Below are positions 26,330 through 41,100 of a stretch of DNA of 64,000 bases, piece by piece. This DNA comes from Squalus acanthias (taxonomy: Eukaryota). The translations under genes were made by a program, and so were the position numbers. How positions within the stretch are numbered: the first letter of the stretch is position 1; each line of letters begins with the position of its first letter. The notes under the pieces are model-generated. The model was not told the DNA's origin, made no database searches, and worked only from the letters and a program-made list of their open reading frames with translations. The stretch spans positions 90,088,001 through 90,152,000 of the forward strand of contig CM059432.1 of the NCBI GenBank assembly GCA_030390025.1, given 5' to 3'.

Positions 26330-27788
26330 GTAAGCCTTCAGAGAAATGATAGCTGGCTTTCTAAATATTTTATTGTTTGTATGAAAGCAGTTTAATTATT
26401 AACCCAGCTGGTAAAATTGAGATTTGGATGCTAAACATCATTTGCTCCAACTGTCATATGCCCCAAATGTACTTTAACAACTTGTTTGGAGTGGGAAGAG
26501 TTGGGCTTTACTACAGTAGGGGGTGCACTTTCTTGAGACTAGCAGCAAAGCGTGTGCTAATCTACTTCATACGAGGGATCCTCACTTCCTGGGGTGCAAG
26601 AACACAAGCAAAGGGTTGGGTCCAAAGGGCAGTCATAGCTTTTGTGGCATTCTGGACCACTGTTTAAAATTATTGCATTTCATAACAGGATGAGAAAGTA
26701 TGTAGAAGTGTGCCCATTTTGCCAGTGCCTCTCCAGCATTTGTCTATTAGGTCTATTAAATGCTTTGAAGTTTGTACAATATTTTAAGTGTATGCATTTG
26801 AGTTGGCCATCCTACATTTTCTATACCTGATGAAGATTTTTGTTTCCAAACTTCATGAATTTCTCTGTTATCTGGTGACCTCTGACTCTTGTCCACGTCC
26901 TTTCTAACATCTGCATTATCTGTCAAGGTGGAAGTGAACACATTATACAGGGTGGAGGTGTGTTTCCAGGTGTCTTTATGATTTTTTTAATGGATCTATA
27001 CTCAGCAAGATGAGGAATGTTAATACTGAGGGAGATAGAACACTATACTATGTTGGGCACTCAATGTAGCAGCATGCATGCCCAGGCCAAGTATGACGCA
27101 GATAAATGCTAAGTAAAACTGTCTTCCCTCTGAGCAGGTCTTTGAGGCTGAGGATGTATTGTTTATTCTTAAAGAAGCCTCTCACATTGTAGCTTACAGA
27201 GCATCACTGGATCTTGGAGGGAGTGCTTGATTTGGATGAATTGAAATTTATCAATTAACAGCTGAAAGATGATAATCTGGCCTTTGTGGTGGAGCTGGAC
27301 TAGCCTGGAAATACTGTTCAGGTTGTGAATCTTAAAATGAGTGTTCCCAAAGCGTTCTGACAGACCCAATGGGATCTTCTATAAGGATCGGACAGATTTA
27401 TAACATTAGAATGACTATCGGTACTTCCAGACCCCCCCCACTTTCGGTTTCTTGCAGTGGTCTATGGAGCTTATGCTGGGGAGGGGCGAATGTAGGGTTG
27501 GCGTCCATATGCAACATCCAACTCCAAACTCAGACATAGGTTTCACAAAAAAGCTGTTCTTTAAACTAGTTACTCAGAGTTGAACTGGCTTGTATTAGCA
27601 TCTATGTTTAGAAAGGCTGAGTCCCCCTTTACTTGTGGAGCTGCAAACGGCTGAGACATGCTTGTGGTCACTTACTTTCCTGTAGCAGTTTGCAAATATA
27701 CCTCTCAGAGTTGCTGAAATGCTGTGTCAGGACATTGAAAGGATTTGAAATGAGTAAAAGAGGCAGGCTTCCGTGTTCCAGGAATAAT

Positions 27789-28460
27789 GGCCCGTATTTT
27801 CTGATGCCTACGGGAGTGTACGGGCTGTGTACACACCCGTAGGGACATTGGAAATGCCGGTTTCAGGCATGCGAAGCGCATGCGCTTGAAAACCGGCATT
27901 TCCGATCTGTCAAGAATCCTCTGCAGAACCTCCGCCTGCTGAAAACTCTTAGAAATCTTGCGCCTGGCAAAAGCAAGCATAAGAGTTGAAAAAAGTTAAA
28001 CAAATAATAATTTTTTTTCACTCAGTTGTAATTTAAAAATACTTTTAAAAAGGTAAGTTTATTTTTAGCCCCGTAAACAACTTGAATTATTTTTTTCAAA
28101 AAATAAAATTTTTGTTTAAAATATTTAATTTAATGCAATTTTAACTCATTTTAAAAACATGATGGTTTTTTAAAAATGTATTTAATGTTTTAGTGTCTCC
28201 ATTCATATATTTGACAGGTCTATCTGTCAAAAGTATGAAGGGAGATTCCCTTCTCCTATTGGCTCCCCATGGCCCACGTGATCCCAGGGACGCTTGCGAA
28301 CTGCATGCGCCCCTGGGATACCTGGGCCCTGCGCATTTCAACTTTGGAGAGGCCCAGGAACGGAAGTGTCCGGACCTCGGGAGCCCTCAGGTAAGTTCGT
28401 AGATTTTTTTCCAATAGGAGGCATCTGCACGCAGGAAGCCTCCATCAGAAATTACCGGCC
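27789..28460. mobile_element. Non-autonomous TIR element, family B
   Basis: ggcccgtattttctgatg / catcagaaattaccggcc (16/18); interior related to 61240-61430. Confidence 0.8.
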
Positions 28461-29297
28461 ATTATATGCAGGTTTCTCAATCTATCTGAGTTAGCAGACA
28501 TACTAGTTGAGGAGGGTAGAGGGGGAGTTCTATTTACATAAAATCAAAAATATGAAGGTTATGTTATGTCTATTTCTGAGAAATGAAAAGCTTTGGGACA
28601 TCTTTGATGATGTAATAATGTATTTTCTGTGTCAATTTGACTGTTGCCTCTGAGTCAGAACATCATGCGTTCAAACCACACTTCAAGACTTGAGTATCAT
28701 AATCTAGACTGACACTTCAGTGTAGTACTGAGCTGCAAAGCCTAATCTGGGGAGGAGGAGCTGGCACGTCTTCTATTCACCCCCTACGTCCCAGCAGTAG
28801 TTTTTGGGGCATGTTTGGGGACGTTCTCAAACTAGCCTAGTAATTGGCTGCGGGCAGTCATGTCCTGTTATGAGCCTAGTGAAGGCCTCAAAGTAAAAGG
28901 ACAAAGGCCTGCCAGGATGGGCTCAAAAATGTTTGGAATTTGTCCTCTTCGATCCGAGCAGTCACTCTTGTTCCTCTTCTCAGATTGAGCTTGTAACCTG
29001 TAAATCGGCCAAAGTCCGTGATTGCTTGGAAGATGACAGGTAGTGAGCTTGTGACGTTAGTCATTTATAGCAGCATGTTTTCAGAATACAATGATATTTT
29101 GTGCTTGACTCTTTCCCCAACCAGCATACCAGAGAGGATTCATCCTTATGGCTGTTGCAACTGTCTCTGTATAAAAAAGAGAAGGATAGAGATGTGGCAG
29201 TCCTCTCTAGACCTCATGTGGGGAATTTAGGAGCGTTATGGTACTTTGTAAACACAGCATATGTTCTTTTCATCTTATACCAATTTTTATTAAACAG

Positions 29298-32200
29298 GTG
29301 AATATTCGTCAGAGGGAAAGTTTTATACCATCTCAGACAACTCAAAGACTGGAATTGAGTCAAAAAATGAGGAGCAGAAGCTGCCAAAGGAATCTTCAGA
29401 TACTGTAGATTGGAAGAAGGATGGAAGTCAACGTTTTAAGGTTTCAGACTCTTTGCAAGATCAACTAAACGAACTCCAGAAAAGGCAACAGCTGCCTGTA
29501 TCTGATCGGCATGTGTACAAGTATCGCTGTAACCAATGTAGTCTGGCTTTCAAGACCATGCAGAAACTTCAGATTCATTCGCAGTATCATGCTATCCGGG
29601 CTGCCACAATGTGTAGCCTTTGTCAGCGCAGCTTCCGCACATTTCTAGCTTTAAAGAGACATTTAGAAACCAGTCATCCTGAACTAAGTGAGGCTGAGAT
29701 ACAACAGATATGTGGCAGTTATCATGTGAATGGAGAGTTCTGGTCAGAAAGTGAAGTTATCAGTCAAGAAGATAATATTCTGGTACAGGAAATAGATAAA
29801 GAAGAAGAAATAGATCAGGATGGGAAAATCAGTCCAACAGGAAGTGACAGCAGCTCTATTCTAGATGATTTAAGTTCAGAACCAAAACGAACGCTGCCTT
29901 TCCGGAAAGGTCCAAATTTTACCATGGAAAAGTTTTTAGATCCTTCTCGACCATATAAATGCACAGTGTGCAAAGAATCTTTCACTCAGAAGAACATTCT
30001 CTTGGTTCACTATAATTCAGTATCGCACTTACACAAACTAAAGAAAGTTTTACAAGAGGCATCAAGTCCAGTTCCTCAAGAATCCAACAACAGCATAGAT
30101 AACAAGCCCTTCAAGTGCAACACGTGTAATGTTGCTTATAGCCAGAGCTCTACACTGGAAATACATATGAGATCTGTGCTCCACCAGACTAAAGCAAGGG
30201 CAGCCAAACTGGAAGCTGGGAGTTGTAGCACTGCAGGTGGAAACAGTAGTGGTAGTCTGCTTGCTACTGGTCAAATGACTACAGATTCTCTCGGGATGGC
30301 ATCAGTTAGTACCAAGGACATCAATGCAGATATCAAAGAAGCAAACAAAAAACACTTTACTGAAACATTTTCTCCTCAGTCTGTCCAACATCAACCCCAG
30401 TCACCAGCACAGGCCCAAGCTCAGGCCCAGGACCAGGCCCAAGCCCAAGCTCAAGCTCAAGCTCAGGCCCAGGCCCAGGCCCTAGCCCAAGCCCAAGCCC
30501 AAGCACAAATGCATCTGCAACATGAACTGCAGCAACAAGCTGCTTTCTTTCAGCCTCAGTTTCTAAATCCAGCATTGTTACCACATTTCCCTATGACAGC
30601 TGAAGCTTTGCTGCAGTTACAACAGCCTCAGTTTCTCTTTCCTTTTTATCTGCCAGGCACTGAATTTAATCTAAATACAGAGCTAGGTTTGCCTGGTTCA
30701 GGGGCCTTTGGAATGTCTGCAATGACAGGATCTCTGCTAGAAGATCTAAAGCAGCAAGTACAAGGGCAACAGCTACTGCAAATTCAGCAGCAATACGGGC
30801 AACAACATCAAGGTATACAGTCTCAGCAACTGTCACAAAAACAACAACAACAAGCAGTTAAACCATCAAAGCAGGAACAAAATGTTCTAAATTCCGCAGA
30901 GATCCAGGTGTTAAAAGACACTTATTCCCATAAAGAAACAGAGGAACTAATGGAGATAATAGAAAATAAGGCACAGCATGAGTTTTTAAGTGAATCTGAA
31001 GCTTTAAAAGAGAATAAAGAGATCAAAAAGCAGAAATCAGTAGAACCCGTGCTTCCACCTCCTCGTATTCCATCTGGTGCAAGAGGCAATGCAGCAAAAG
31101 CTTTATTAGAAAACTTTGGCTTTGAGTTGGTTATCCAGTTTAATGAAAACAAGCAGAAAGTTCAGAAGAGAAGCAAGAATGGTGAAAATGAGAAGACTGA
31201 CAAACTGGAATGTGAAGTGTGTGGCAAGCTGTTTTCAAACATTCTTATTCTGAAGAGCCACCAAGAGCATGTTCATTGCCAGTTTTTCCCATTTGGAGAG
31301 CTGGAAATATTCGCATGTCACTATAGGGAAGCATATGATAAATTGTATCCTATAACACCATCCTCACCAGAGTCACCAGCACCTCCACCGCCACCTCCTC
31401 CTCCTCCTCCTCCTCCTCCACCACCACCACCTCCACCTCCCTCAACAGGGAATGGCAAACTCCAAGGATCTGCCCCATCACCGTTACCACCACCACCACC
31501 TCCTCCTCCTCCACCTCCCCCACCTCCACCTCCTCCACCTTCTTCACAATCCCAGGTTCAGATGCCTGTATCCCTGGATCTGCCTCTCTTCCCCCCAGTT
31601 ATGATGCAGCATTCTTCTTTGCCGCCCCAGCTCACTTTGCAACTTCCAACTCTGGAATCTTTATCTGCAGACCTCACCCAGCTCTGTCAACAACAGTTAG
31701 GTTTAGATCCCAATTTTCTGAGACATCACCAATTCAAACGTCCACGTACAAGAATCACAGATGATCAACTAAAGATCTTGCGGACTTATTTTGATATCAA
31801 TAATTCACCAACTGAAGAACAAATTCAAGAAATGTCAGAAAAATCGGGACTTCCGCAGAAAGTTATTAAACATTGGTTTCGTAATACCCTTTTTAAAGAA
31901 AGACAAAGAAATAAAGATTCACCATACAATTTCAATAATCCACCTATTACCACATTGGAAGAATCCAGAAATGATACTTATTTTACTACAGGAGAATATT
32001 ACAGGACGGATGGTACAATAAATAAACGGTCATCTAGAACACGCTTCACAGACTACCAGTTGAGGGTTCTGCAGGACTTTTTTGATACCAATGCTTATCC
32101 AAAAGATGATGAAATAGAACAATTATCCACAGTTCTAAACCTACCTACCCGAGTAATTGTTGTGTGGTTCCAAAATGCACGTCAAAAAGCACGAAAGAGT

Positions 32201-34724
32201 TTTGAGAACCAAGCTGATACTAAAGACAGTGAAAGAAGGGAACTAACCAATGAGCGTTATATACGAACCAGTAACTTACAATATCAGTGTAAAAAATGCA
32301 ATGTAGTGTTTCCACGAATTTTTGATCTAATTACACATCAAAAGAAACAGTGTTACAAAGATGAAGATGATGATGGTCAGGATGATAGTCAAACAGAAGA
32401 TTCAATGGATGCCACAGACCAAATGATGTCAAATCACCCTGACACTTCTGGCCCAGCAGATTCATCAAAACCTACAGTAGGAACAGTGACAGGGTCTGGT
32501 TCTAGATCTGGTTCTAATTCTGGTTCTAGTACTCCTCTAATGCCTTCTCCCAAACTGGAAATGGATAAAAATTCACCTAAATCTAACTTACCAGTAGAGA
32601 AACCAAAGCAAATTGAGGCTGTTCAACCCTCTCAAATGGCCAAACCAACATCTTCACCTCCATCAGAGCCACAGCCATCAGCATCTCAGTCACAGCAACA
32701 AAAGCAGTCCCAACAACAAATAGTGCGACCTCACTCACAGCCTCAAAATACAACAGTTCCATCCAGCCCTCTGTCTGTAGCAGTCTCTTCTTTACAGAAC
32801 AGTCTACCTCCTCAGATGTTACAGTACCAGTGTGACCAGTGTAAATATGCCTTTCCAACCTTGGAACTTTGGCAGGAGCACCAGCACATTCATTTTTTGG
32901 CAGCCCAAAATCAGTTCCTCCATTCACAAATCTTGGATAGATCTTTAGATATGCCCTATATGATTTTTGACCCGAACAACCCACTTATGGCAGGGCAGTT
33001 GCTTCCTGGACCTCTTACACAGATATCCTCCCAGACTAGTTCATCAGTTCCAAACCCGTCTAATACAGCTTCTGGAACAGTTAAGCGTAAATTGGAAGAA
33101 AAAGAAGAAAACAACCAAAATGAAAAAGAAGGTGCAAATAGTAGCGATGAGCCACATCGTGATAAAAGGCTTAGAACTACAATTACTCCAGAGCAGCTGG
33201 AGGTACTGTATGAAAAATATTTGTTAGATTCTAATCCTACTCGAAAAATGTTGGATCACATTTCAAATGAAGTAGGTCTAAAGAAACGTGTGGTTCAGGT
33301 CTGGTTTCAGAACACTCGAGCTCGTGAAAGAAAGGGGCAGTTTCGTGCCCTTGGTCCAAGTCAGTCTCACAGAAGATGCCCTTTTTGTCGGGCACTCTTT
33401 AAAGCTAAAACAGCGCTTGAAACACATATTCGTTCTCGACATTGGCATGAAGCAAAACAAGCTGGCTACAGCCTCCCCCCAAGCCCCATTATGCCACAGG
33501 ATGATGATGGTGAAAGTCCACAGAAAGATAATTATTTTGAATTTCCAACATTACTTTTTTCCAAGATTGATGCATTAAGTGAAAATGAAGCACCATCTTC
33601 AGTTTCAACACCAGTAAGTAAAACAGCAGAGATGTCACCAAAACATCTTCTTAGCCCTTCATTATTCAAATCAGAATGCAATGAAGAGATAGGAAGCCTA
33701 AATATTGTCCCTGCTGTTGTCAATTTTGATCAGAGTAAGACAGATTATGATGATACGTCATCTATTAACACAGCTATAAGTGATGGAAGTACAGGAGATG
33801 AAGGAAACAATGAAACTGAAAACCTTCTAAGTAACACCTCAGAGAATAAAGCTACTGAGTCTTCAGATGACCTAAAAACATCAATAGCTGGTGATCAATT
33901 TTCAATGATGGTTACAACTCCCACAGTTGATTATTGTGATGAAAGACTTTCCATGAGCTTACCTAGCCCTTCGCTAAGCTTCATATCAAGAGATAATGAC
34001 ATAGATGATAGTGTTGACCGAAGTGAGACATCGAGTTTAGCCGATCCCTGTTCTCCTAGTCCATTTGGGAGCCACAGTAGTCTCAAATCATCAAGATCCA
34101 GTGAGCGACCTGGTCATAAACGCTTCAGAACACAAATGAGTAACCTTCAACTAAAAGTCCTGAAGTCATGTTTCACTGACTACCGTACACCAACAATGCA
34201 AGAGTGTGAACTTCTTGGCAATGAAATTAATTTACCTAAAAGAGTTGTCCAGGTCTGGTTTCAGAATGCTCGAGCAAAGGACAAAAAATTCAAGTTAAAC
34301 ATGGCAAAATCATTCATGATGAATCAAACTGGAACTGATGGACAAAAAGCAGAATGTTCTCTGTGTGGTGCTATGTACACTGCACGTTTGTCTATCAGAG
34401 ATCACATTTTTTCACAGCAGCATATCAACAAAGTGAAAGAAACAGTAGGATGCCAGCTAGATAGGGAAAAGGATTATCTCGCTCCTACAACTGTCCGACA
34501 GTTGATGGCTCAACAAGAGTTGGATCGTTTGAAGAAGGCCACAGATGCTTTGGGCATAACATCACAACAGCAAGTTCTGCATCAACAAAGCATAATGGAA
34601 AATAATGCACTGCATGGCCTCAACGCTTCAACATCCTATTCGGGCCTCTCAGGCCTTTCTCCAGTTATTCTTCCTGGAGTAAATGGTCCTGCTTCACTGC
34701 CTAGCTTTCCACAAAACACAACTG
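29298..34724 (+). CDS. ZFHX4: ZFHX4 giant exon (5427 nt) with four homeodomains and multiple zinc fingers
   Basis: taaacag acceptor in frame with ORF 29453-34774; homeodomains [64 protein letters not shown]; donor ACTG|gtaagt at 34724. Confidence 0.97.
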
Positions 34725-36086
34725 GTAAGTTACTAGGATTCATATTTCTTTCTTTCAAAGCAGTAAGTTATTAAATATATAAGTGTACAGTTTTAGGGCC
34801 TTAAAAAGTGTTGTGCCAAACATCTGTCAACACTCAAAATTTTCCACATAGTGAGTTCCAATTTTGGCTTTATTATCACATACTAGATCCTGTATGCCTC
34901 CTCAGAGAGAGACAGTGAGAGGGTGGGATAGAAAAAGTTGGAATATGTGTCACAATGGGTTGCTGTCACATACTCCTAAACCAGTAGATAAAGAACAGTA
35001 TTAAAAAGGCCTTAAACATAGTCATCTGCCCATCCTTTCATTCTGTGAATGGCACATGAATCTAAAGAGAGTGGAGGATATAAACTGAAAGTGAGGAGGT
35101 GGAATTAAAATAGATGCATTTATGTATCATAGTTCAATGTAACACCTTATGAGCCTAATGCATTAGAATGCACACATTCTGAAAGATAACTACCATTTTT
35201 GAAGTGAGTACTCATCTTGTGAAGTGTCCAGATTTCAAATTTAAGGTACACAATATTATACATAATGAAAAGAAAATAATTACTGTACAGCCCATTAAAC
35301 TAGATTTGAAAGGAGGAGGTTAATGCTTTGCTAAATATAGATGAACAAATGCTAGTGCCTGATTGAGAAGTGGAAGGAGATAATTATTAATGTTGTTCAG
35401 ACCAAAGAAAGAAATGCAAATATAACAAAGAAAAAGAGTTGAAGGACAAGTTTAAATGTTTTTATGTTAGTAGAAATTTGAAATAATCTTTTGGAACTGG
35501 AGGTATATGTAGTCAATAAATTATACTTACATTATTGCCATCACATAAACATGGCTGCAACTGGAAGATGCACATGAATGAAGCTAAAGGAATTTAGTAT
35601 GTTTTGCAAAGATAGATTTAATAAGCTAGGTGTTTTTGGTAAGAGGTGACAATAGAGTGAATGTAACAATGGAGAGTAAGACAATAGAAGCCTTATGGGT
35701 AGAAATTATCAATGGCGAAGGCAAAACATAATCATGGGTTAGCTCAAGAAGAAGAGATAGAGAGCTACTCTGGCAAGTAAGAAAAGCTACAGGAAATCAT
35801 AATGCATAGTGATGGGAATTTTTTTCAGAGACAAAATGGACAGACCAGGAATTACCAAAGAAGATGGTAAAACTACTGGCTATTTCATAGAGACTATCAG
35901 GTACTGCTACTTAGCACAACGTGTAAAGCAGATATTGAGTGTATGCTATATTAGATTTAGCAATCCAGGTGAATCGGTTAACATCTGAGGTTCATTAAAA
36001 TTGTATAGTCATATTGATATTGTAATAAAGGCTAAAAACAAAAATAAAAGTTTGAAGGTGTAAAATTCTGGAGCTTTCAGCTATGT

Positions 36087-36530
36087 AAAGAAAGACTTCC
36101 ATTTATATAGCGCCTTTCATGACCACCGGATGTCTCAAAGTGCTTTACAGTCAATGAAGTACTTTTGAAGTCACTGTTGTAATGTGGGAAACACAGCAGC
36201 CAATTTGCACACAGCAATGTGATAATGACCAGATAATCTGTTTTTGTTATGTTGGTTGAGGGATAAATATTGGCTAGGACACTAGGGATAACTCCACTGC
36301 TTTTCTTCGAAATAGTGCCATGGGATCTTTTACGTCCACCTGAGAGAGCAGACAGGGCCTCGGTTTAACATCTCATCCAAAAAACAGCACTTCCGACAGT
36401 GCAGCACTCCCTCATCACTGCACTGGAGTGTCAGCCTAGCTTTATGTGCTCAAGTCCCTGGAGTGGGACTTGAACCCACAATCTTCTGACTCAGAGGTGA
36501 GTGTGCTACCAACTGAGCCACAGCTGACAC
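36087..36530 (-). mobile_element. Near full-length tRNA-derived Deu-domain SINE (SacSINE1-like)
   Basis: Minus strand A box tggctcagttgg, B box gttcaagtccc, Deu-like core, L2-like tail aaaggcgctatataaat; family name from recall. Confidence 0.85.
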
Positions 36531-36669
36531 TTAGGGTAGGGAAGATTAAGTGGAGAACAGGTCTAGAAACCAAAACAACAGAAGAATTATTTTCTTCTTT
36601 TTCACCAATTTTTGACCCTTCGTTCATTACCTGCTATCCTGAAGGGATTGGAATATGGTTCTGTGAGCA

Positions 36670-37000
36670 CGGAGTCCCCTAGGTACCTTGTCCAAGTGGT
36701 CATTCTTCATGTGTGACAGTGAGTTTTGGCAGGCTACTCAACCATTGAAGGTATTAAAGCAAAGTCCAATAATTCCTCACCCGATGTCTACATACACACA
36801 CATTTCCAGCATGGGCAGTCAGTAGCAATCTGGAGGGGAAGCCCTGGTAGACTGTTGCCTCCCTATCCCAGGATGCTGAGGCCAGTGACTCATATACTGC
36901 CATACCAGCAGAGATGAACTAACTCAGCACAGACAGTGGAATGAACCTGGGATCTTCCTAGTCTGTATATCTCAACTGCTTCCTGGATAACTAGTTCAGC
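36670..37000 (-). mobile_element. Old SINE-like repeat; a related copy lies in the opposite orientation at ~37690-38090
   Basis: Shared tgctg(a/t)gttag, tggcct and gaa(g/a)aatgac(c/t)acttgg motifs in inverted orientation. Confidence 0.5.
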
Positions 37001-39904
37001 CATCAGAAATATTTGGAAAGATACAAGAAAAGATGAAATGTAATGAGAACTGGGAGACATACAAAAGTTGATCAAAAATAACTGGAACAAATATGAGAAG
37101 TGGTAAGAGGGTAATAGAAATGCAGATTATAGAAAGCAACATGAGGGATGCAACTTTTTTGTTAGCTATATAAGTAGCAGATGGTACGCTAAAGACCAGT
37201 TGGGAAGCTTAAGGGATAGTATAAAAATATTTTAGAGGATCAAGACCAGATGAAGAAAGACCATCAGCTTTCTAAAATACCAATCCTACTATCTTCCCAA
37301 CACAGCATCAAATTGTTTCTTAAATGAGTCCAGTGTCCTAGCTTCAGCCACCCTCCCTGGCAATCCATTCCTGGTGTCGATGACCATCTGTATAAAGAAA
37401 CATTCTCTGATGTCTGTTCTAAATTGGTAGCTGAGTTCAATACATTTTTATATCAGTTTTCAGAGATGAAGACTGGAAAATTCTAGATGCAGCAGACATT
37501 TTTGTTTTGGAAACCACATAATATGTAGAGGTCAGTAAAGCATTTGTTAGAAAATCTCAAGAAAGGTGGGATGGTGGAGTGATAACCTTAATTGTGGGCT
37601 TTGAAGTATTTACACAATAGTGTAGCAATAAGTGCTTTCACACAGTGTCTGGTTGGAATCCCTGAAAATTCCGGCATACATCATCGTAAAGCAGTTCCCT
37701 GATGACTCAGTTGATAAAGGCAGAATGTAACTGACCAAAAGATTCAAGATTCAGTTCTTAGTCCATGCTGTGTTAGCTGAGGATGACAATAGGAATAATA
37801 TAATTGGCCTTAGCCTCTCATGTTTAAGAAATCAGAGTTCCTTTTTGATATGTATTGAGTGACTTGTGCTGGAAAGTCTGTGCATGCGAAGTTGAGTACA
37901 GAAACAGGCTTGCCTATTGAAATGCACATTCAAGGTTCACACACGAAAAATGACTACTTGGCAAAATGCTAAGGTCAAATGGCCTATCAATGTCACTCAT
38001 TATGTAGGTTCACAGTAGAAGAATAACCACTTTAGTGAGGTAACGAAAGTGCCCATGGAATTATACTTGAGCAGGACCTAACCCCGTCAGGACAGGAAGA
38101 AGGGAGAACATTAGAAAAATCTAAAAAATACCACCAGCAGTAAATTGGTTAAGACGCCCAATCTGAAGTTAATTGGAATGATCAAATCCACTCTCTCCCC
38201 AAATAAGAATGAAGCGCTTTGCAAGCATACCATATTCTAATGCATGCCATTGAATGTGACATGAAACACTGCTGGAAATTTAAGGCCAAAAATGTTGCTG
38301 AAGGCTAAACTCAAAATCAAACTATTAGTTTAGTTAAACAATTTCTGAAAGACAAAGAAAAATGTACATGGAGTATGGCAAAGAAAGTGAAAAACATTTC
38401 TAAACTGCGACGGCCATCAGATAAATGTAGAGAATGAATTAACCACCTCAAGTGGATGGTATAGAAAAAGTAGAAGACAACAAACAAAGATCCAAAACAT
38501 GCTGCACTTGAGAGGCTGGGAAACATCTCACATGGCCTGACCACAAAGCAGTTCCAAGGAAGAAAGTACTTTAGAGTATCAACAACCGGTAAGTGTGAAT
38601 ATTTTTGACAATTTTCTCATACAGTACAAATACTGTTCATAATAGTTATCAATCAGCTTACTAATAGCAATGTGTAAAGTCATAATTCACATGAAGAAAA
38701 TCCTGTGTTTATATTCCTTAAAAACACTTGAACCCGATAAATTATTTTATATCTCGCTTGTTTTTTTAACAATTCTTCTGCATTTCAAGTTTAGATATAG
38801 TGCAGTTTCATTAATGGAACAATGCCCTTCATGTCTACAGATAAGTCATCATTTCCAGCCCCACTACGTCCATCCTCAAGACTACAAATACCTCATAGAA
38901 AGACAGTGCTCAGGCACAAGAGGATGTCATATCACTGGGCAAGAAGGAGCCAATGAATACATGCCACCCAAGGAACAGATTTCATATTAACTTGCTGAGC
39001 AGCATGATAACCCTTCACCTGTCACCACATCCTCCACAGGGTCTTCTCTAGGTTGCACCATATAAGCTGGATTGTCTGCAACAACAGACCATGGGATAAG
39101 TCAGCCACAAGAGACAGATGCTAATCTTTCCATACCACCATCATTCCAGAGCCTTTTGGAGGAGGGCATGTACCTGCTACATTATGTCATTGTCAATGTC
39201 AGTGTGAAGTATGATAAAACCCAAATGAACAGTGACACAGTAACAATGCATAATATTACAAGACTCGGCCTAGACAGCAGAGAAAAATCACTGTCTAGTA
39301 AATCTGATCATCCAGCATGTATAAAACAAGCAACTGTCCTCTATATTGTTCTAAGATATTGCCACTTACAGTCTTGCATTCTCTGTAGAACTTTCTGTGG
39401 AGATTATGGGGTCAGGATCCAGCTTCCTGTGGCTGATATGCTTCACTCCTTATCCAAAGTACCACCCTGTGGAGGGCCCTTCCAGAACTCTAGCCAAATG
39501 TACAATATAAGTTGATATTTTGTTAACCTGTAATATTTTTCTCTTTGTAGAAATAAAAGTTTGTTTTCTCGTTTATTGCTCCAGTGTCTTCCTTTTCCTC
39601 TGCATTGCCAGACTTTCATCTGTAGAGTGGTCCCTTCAACAAGATGGTTGCTCACTCTTCTGGGTATAGCTATTTCTGTAATGTTCAATCACATACAACA
39701 CTCTTTTATTTTTTGAATCTTGTTATCATTAATTCTTTGGCTTGTGCCAGTTGGATTCAGGAAAAATATAAAATAAAAACCTAAGATGATTTGTTGCAGA
39801 GTTCGTTCAAATTCACACCAATGTGTATTCGTGCATGTTCTCTCCACATATGTCAAAATACTTATTCTAACTGACACTTTCTGCAAAACAGTTTAAAGTA
39901 TGTT

Positions 39905-40071
39905 GGGAGTAATTTTGACTTTGGGTGATAGTGTAAAATGGGTGATATCGATTCAGCCGCCCGTTATACATCCCTAAATTGAAAATAAAATCGGGAGAAA
40001 TGTATAATGTGTGACTGGATTTATATCGCTGATACCATGTTACACTAACACCCAAAGTCAAAGTTATCCCC
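39905..40071. mobile_element. 167 bp palindromic MITE
   Basis: 37-bp terminal inverted repeat with 5 mismatches (gggagtaattttgactttgggtgatagtgtaaaatgg). Confidence 0.8.
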
Positions 40072-40589
40072 TTTGCCTTTAGTCATAGGTGTAGATAAAA
40101 GTGTCTTTCGAGTGTGATTTACAGCTTCACCTAAGTGCACCACTTAACTATTTGGAATTTGCACCATTATATTGGCTTTGAAATTTTGCTGTGTGAAAAT
40201 TAGCATATAAATGCTTAATACATTTATATAGTTTCTTTTTTCACTAGTTTACTGTAGATACTCAGGTACTTACCTTTGAATTAATGAGTTTCTGTTTACT
40301 GAACAGTTTAAGTATGCTGAATAAAAGAAGCTACAAGTTGCTGCATTACAGATTTCACACAAACAATAACGAATGCAAACATGGTTAAGATATTTTTGTT
40401 AGTTATTATTCAGAACTATTGCATTCATCTTAAGATTAAAATACCAATACTTTACATGAGGAGTTACGAGCCTACAATTACTATGCGATGTCACCACACG
40501 AATGCTTGAAAGGCTAGTATCAATTTCCTCTCTGCATTATTTTAATTAACCTATTTATTTTAATTGGTTTGATGCCTACATGTTTTTAT

Positions 40590-41100
40590 TTATTTGTTTT
40601 TCGGATGTGGGCACAGCTGGAAATGCCACATTTATTACCCATCTCTCGTTGCCCTCTGAAGGTGGTGGGCCATCTTCTTGAACCACTGTAGTTCTTATGC
40701 TAATGGTGGTCTCACAATGGTGTTAGATAGCGATTTCCAGGATACTGACCCAGCAATGATGAAGGAATGGCACCCTATGTCCAAGTCAGGATGATGACTT
40801 GGAAGTGAACATGGAAGTAATGATATTCCCACAACATTGCTGCTCTTCTCCTTCTCGATGGTAGAGATTGCATGGGATGGTGGTGCCTTGGTTAGTTGCT
40901 GCGCTGCATCCTGTAGATTGTAGGTGCTACAGTCATAGTACACTGGGGATGGAGGCGGTGTTTATTGAGTCCAGTGGCCTGGACAGTGGTCAAGCAAACT
41001 GCTCTGTCCTGGATGTTGTCAAGATTCTTGACTGTTCTTATAGCTGCACCCATCTAGTTGAGTGGTAAGTATTCCATCGCACGACTGATTTGAGGTAGTG
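40590..41100 (-). mobile_element. 3' fragment of a non-LTR retrotransposon
   Basis: Minus-strand remnant HSFIIAGSVSWKSL resembles LINE ORF2 C-termini; tail shared with the SINE at 46300. Confidence 0.6.

Noticed and set aside
29453..34774. Stand-alone 1773-aa single-exon gene
   Set aside because: The TTG start and the tail after 34724 are ORF-calling artefacts; splice sites show an internal exon
36455..36530. tRNA gene
   Set aside because: A/B boxes are continuous with a SINE body and tail
39072..39515. 147-aa ORF
   Set aside because: Non-ATG start, no recognisable domain, intronic
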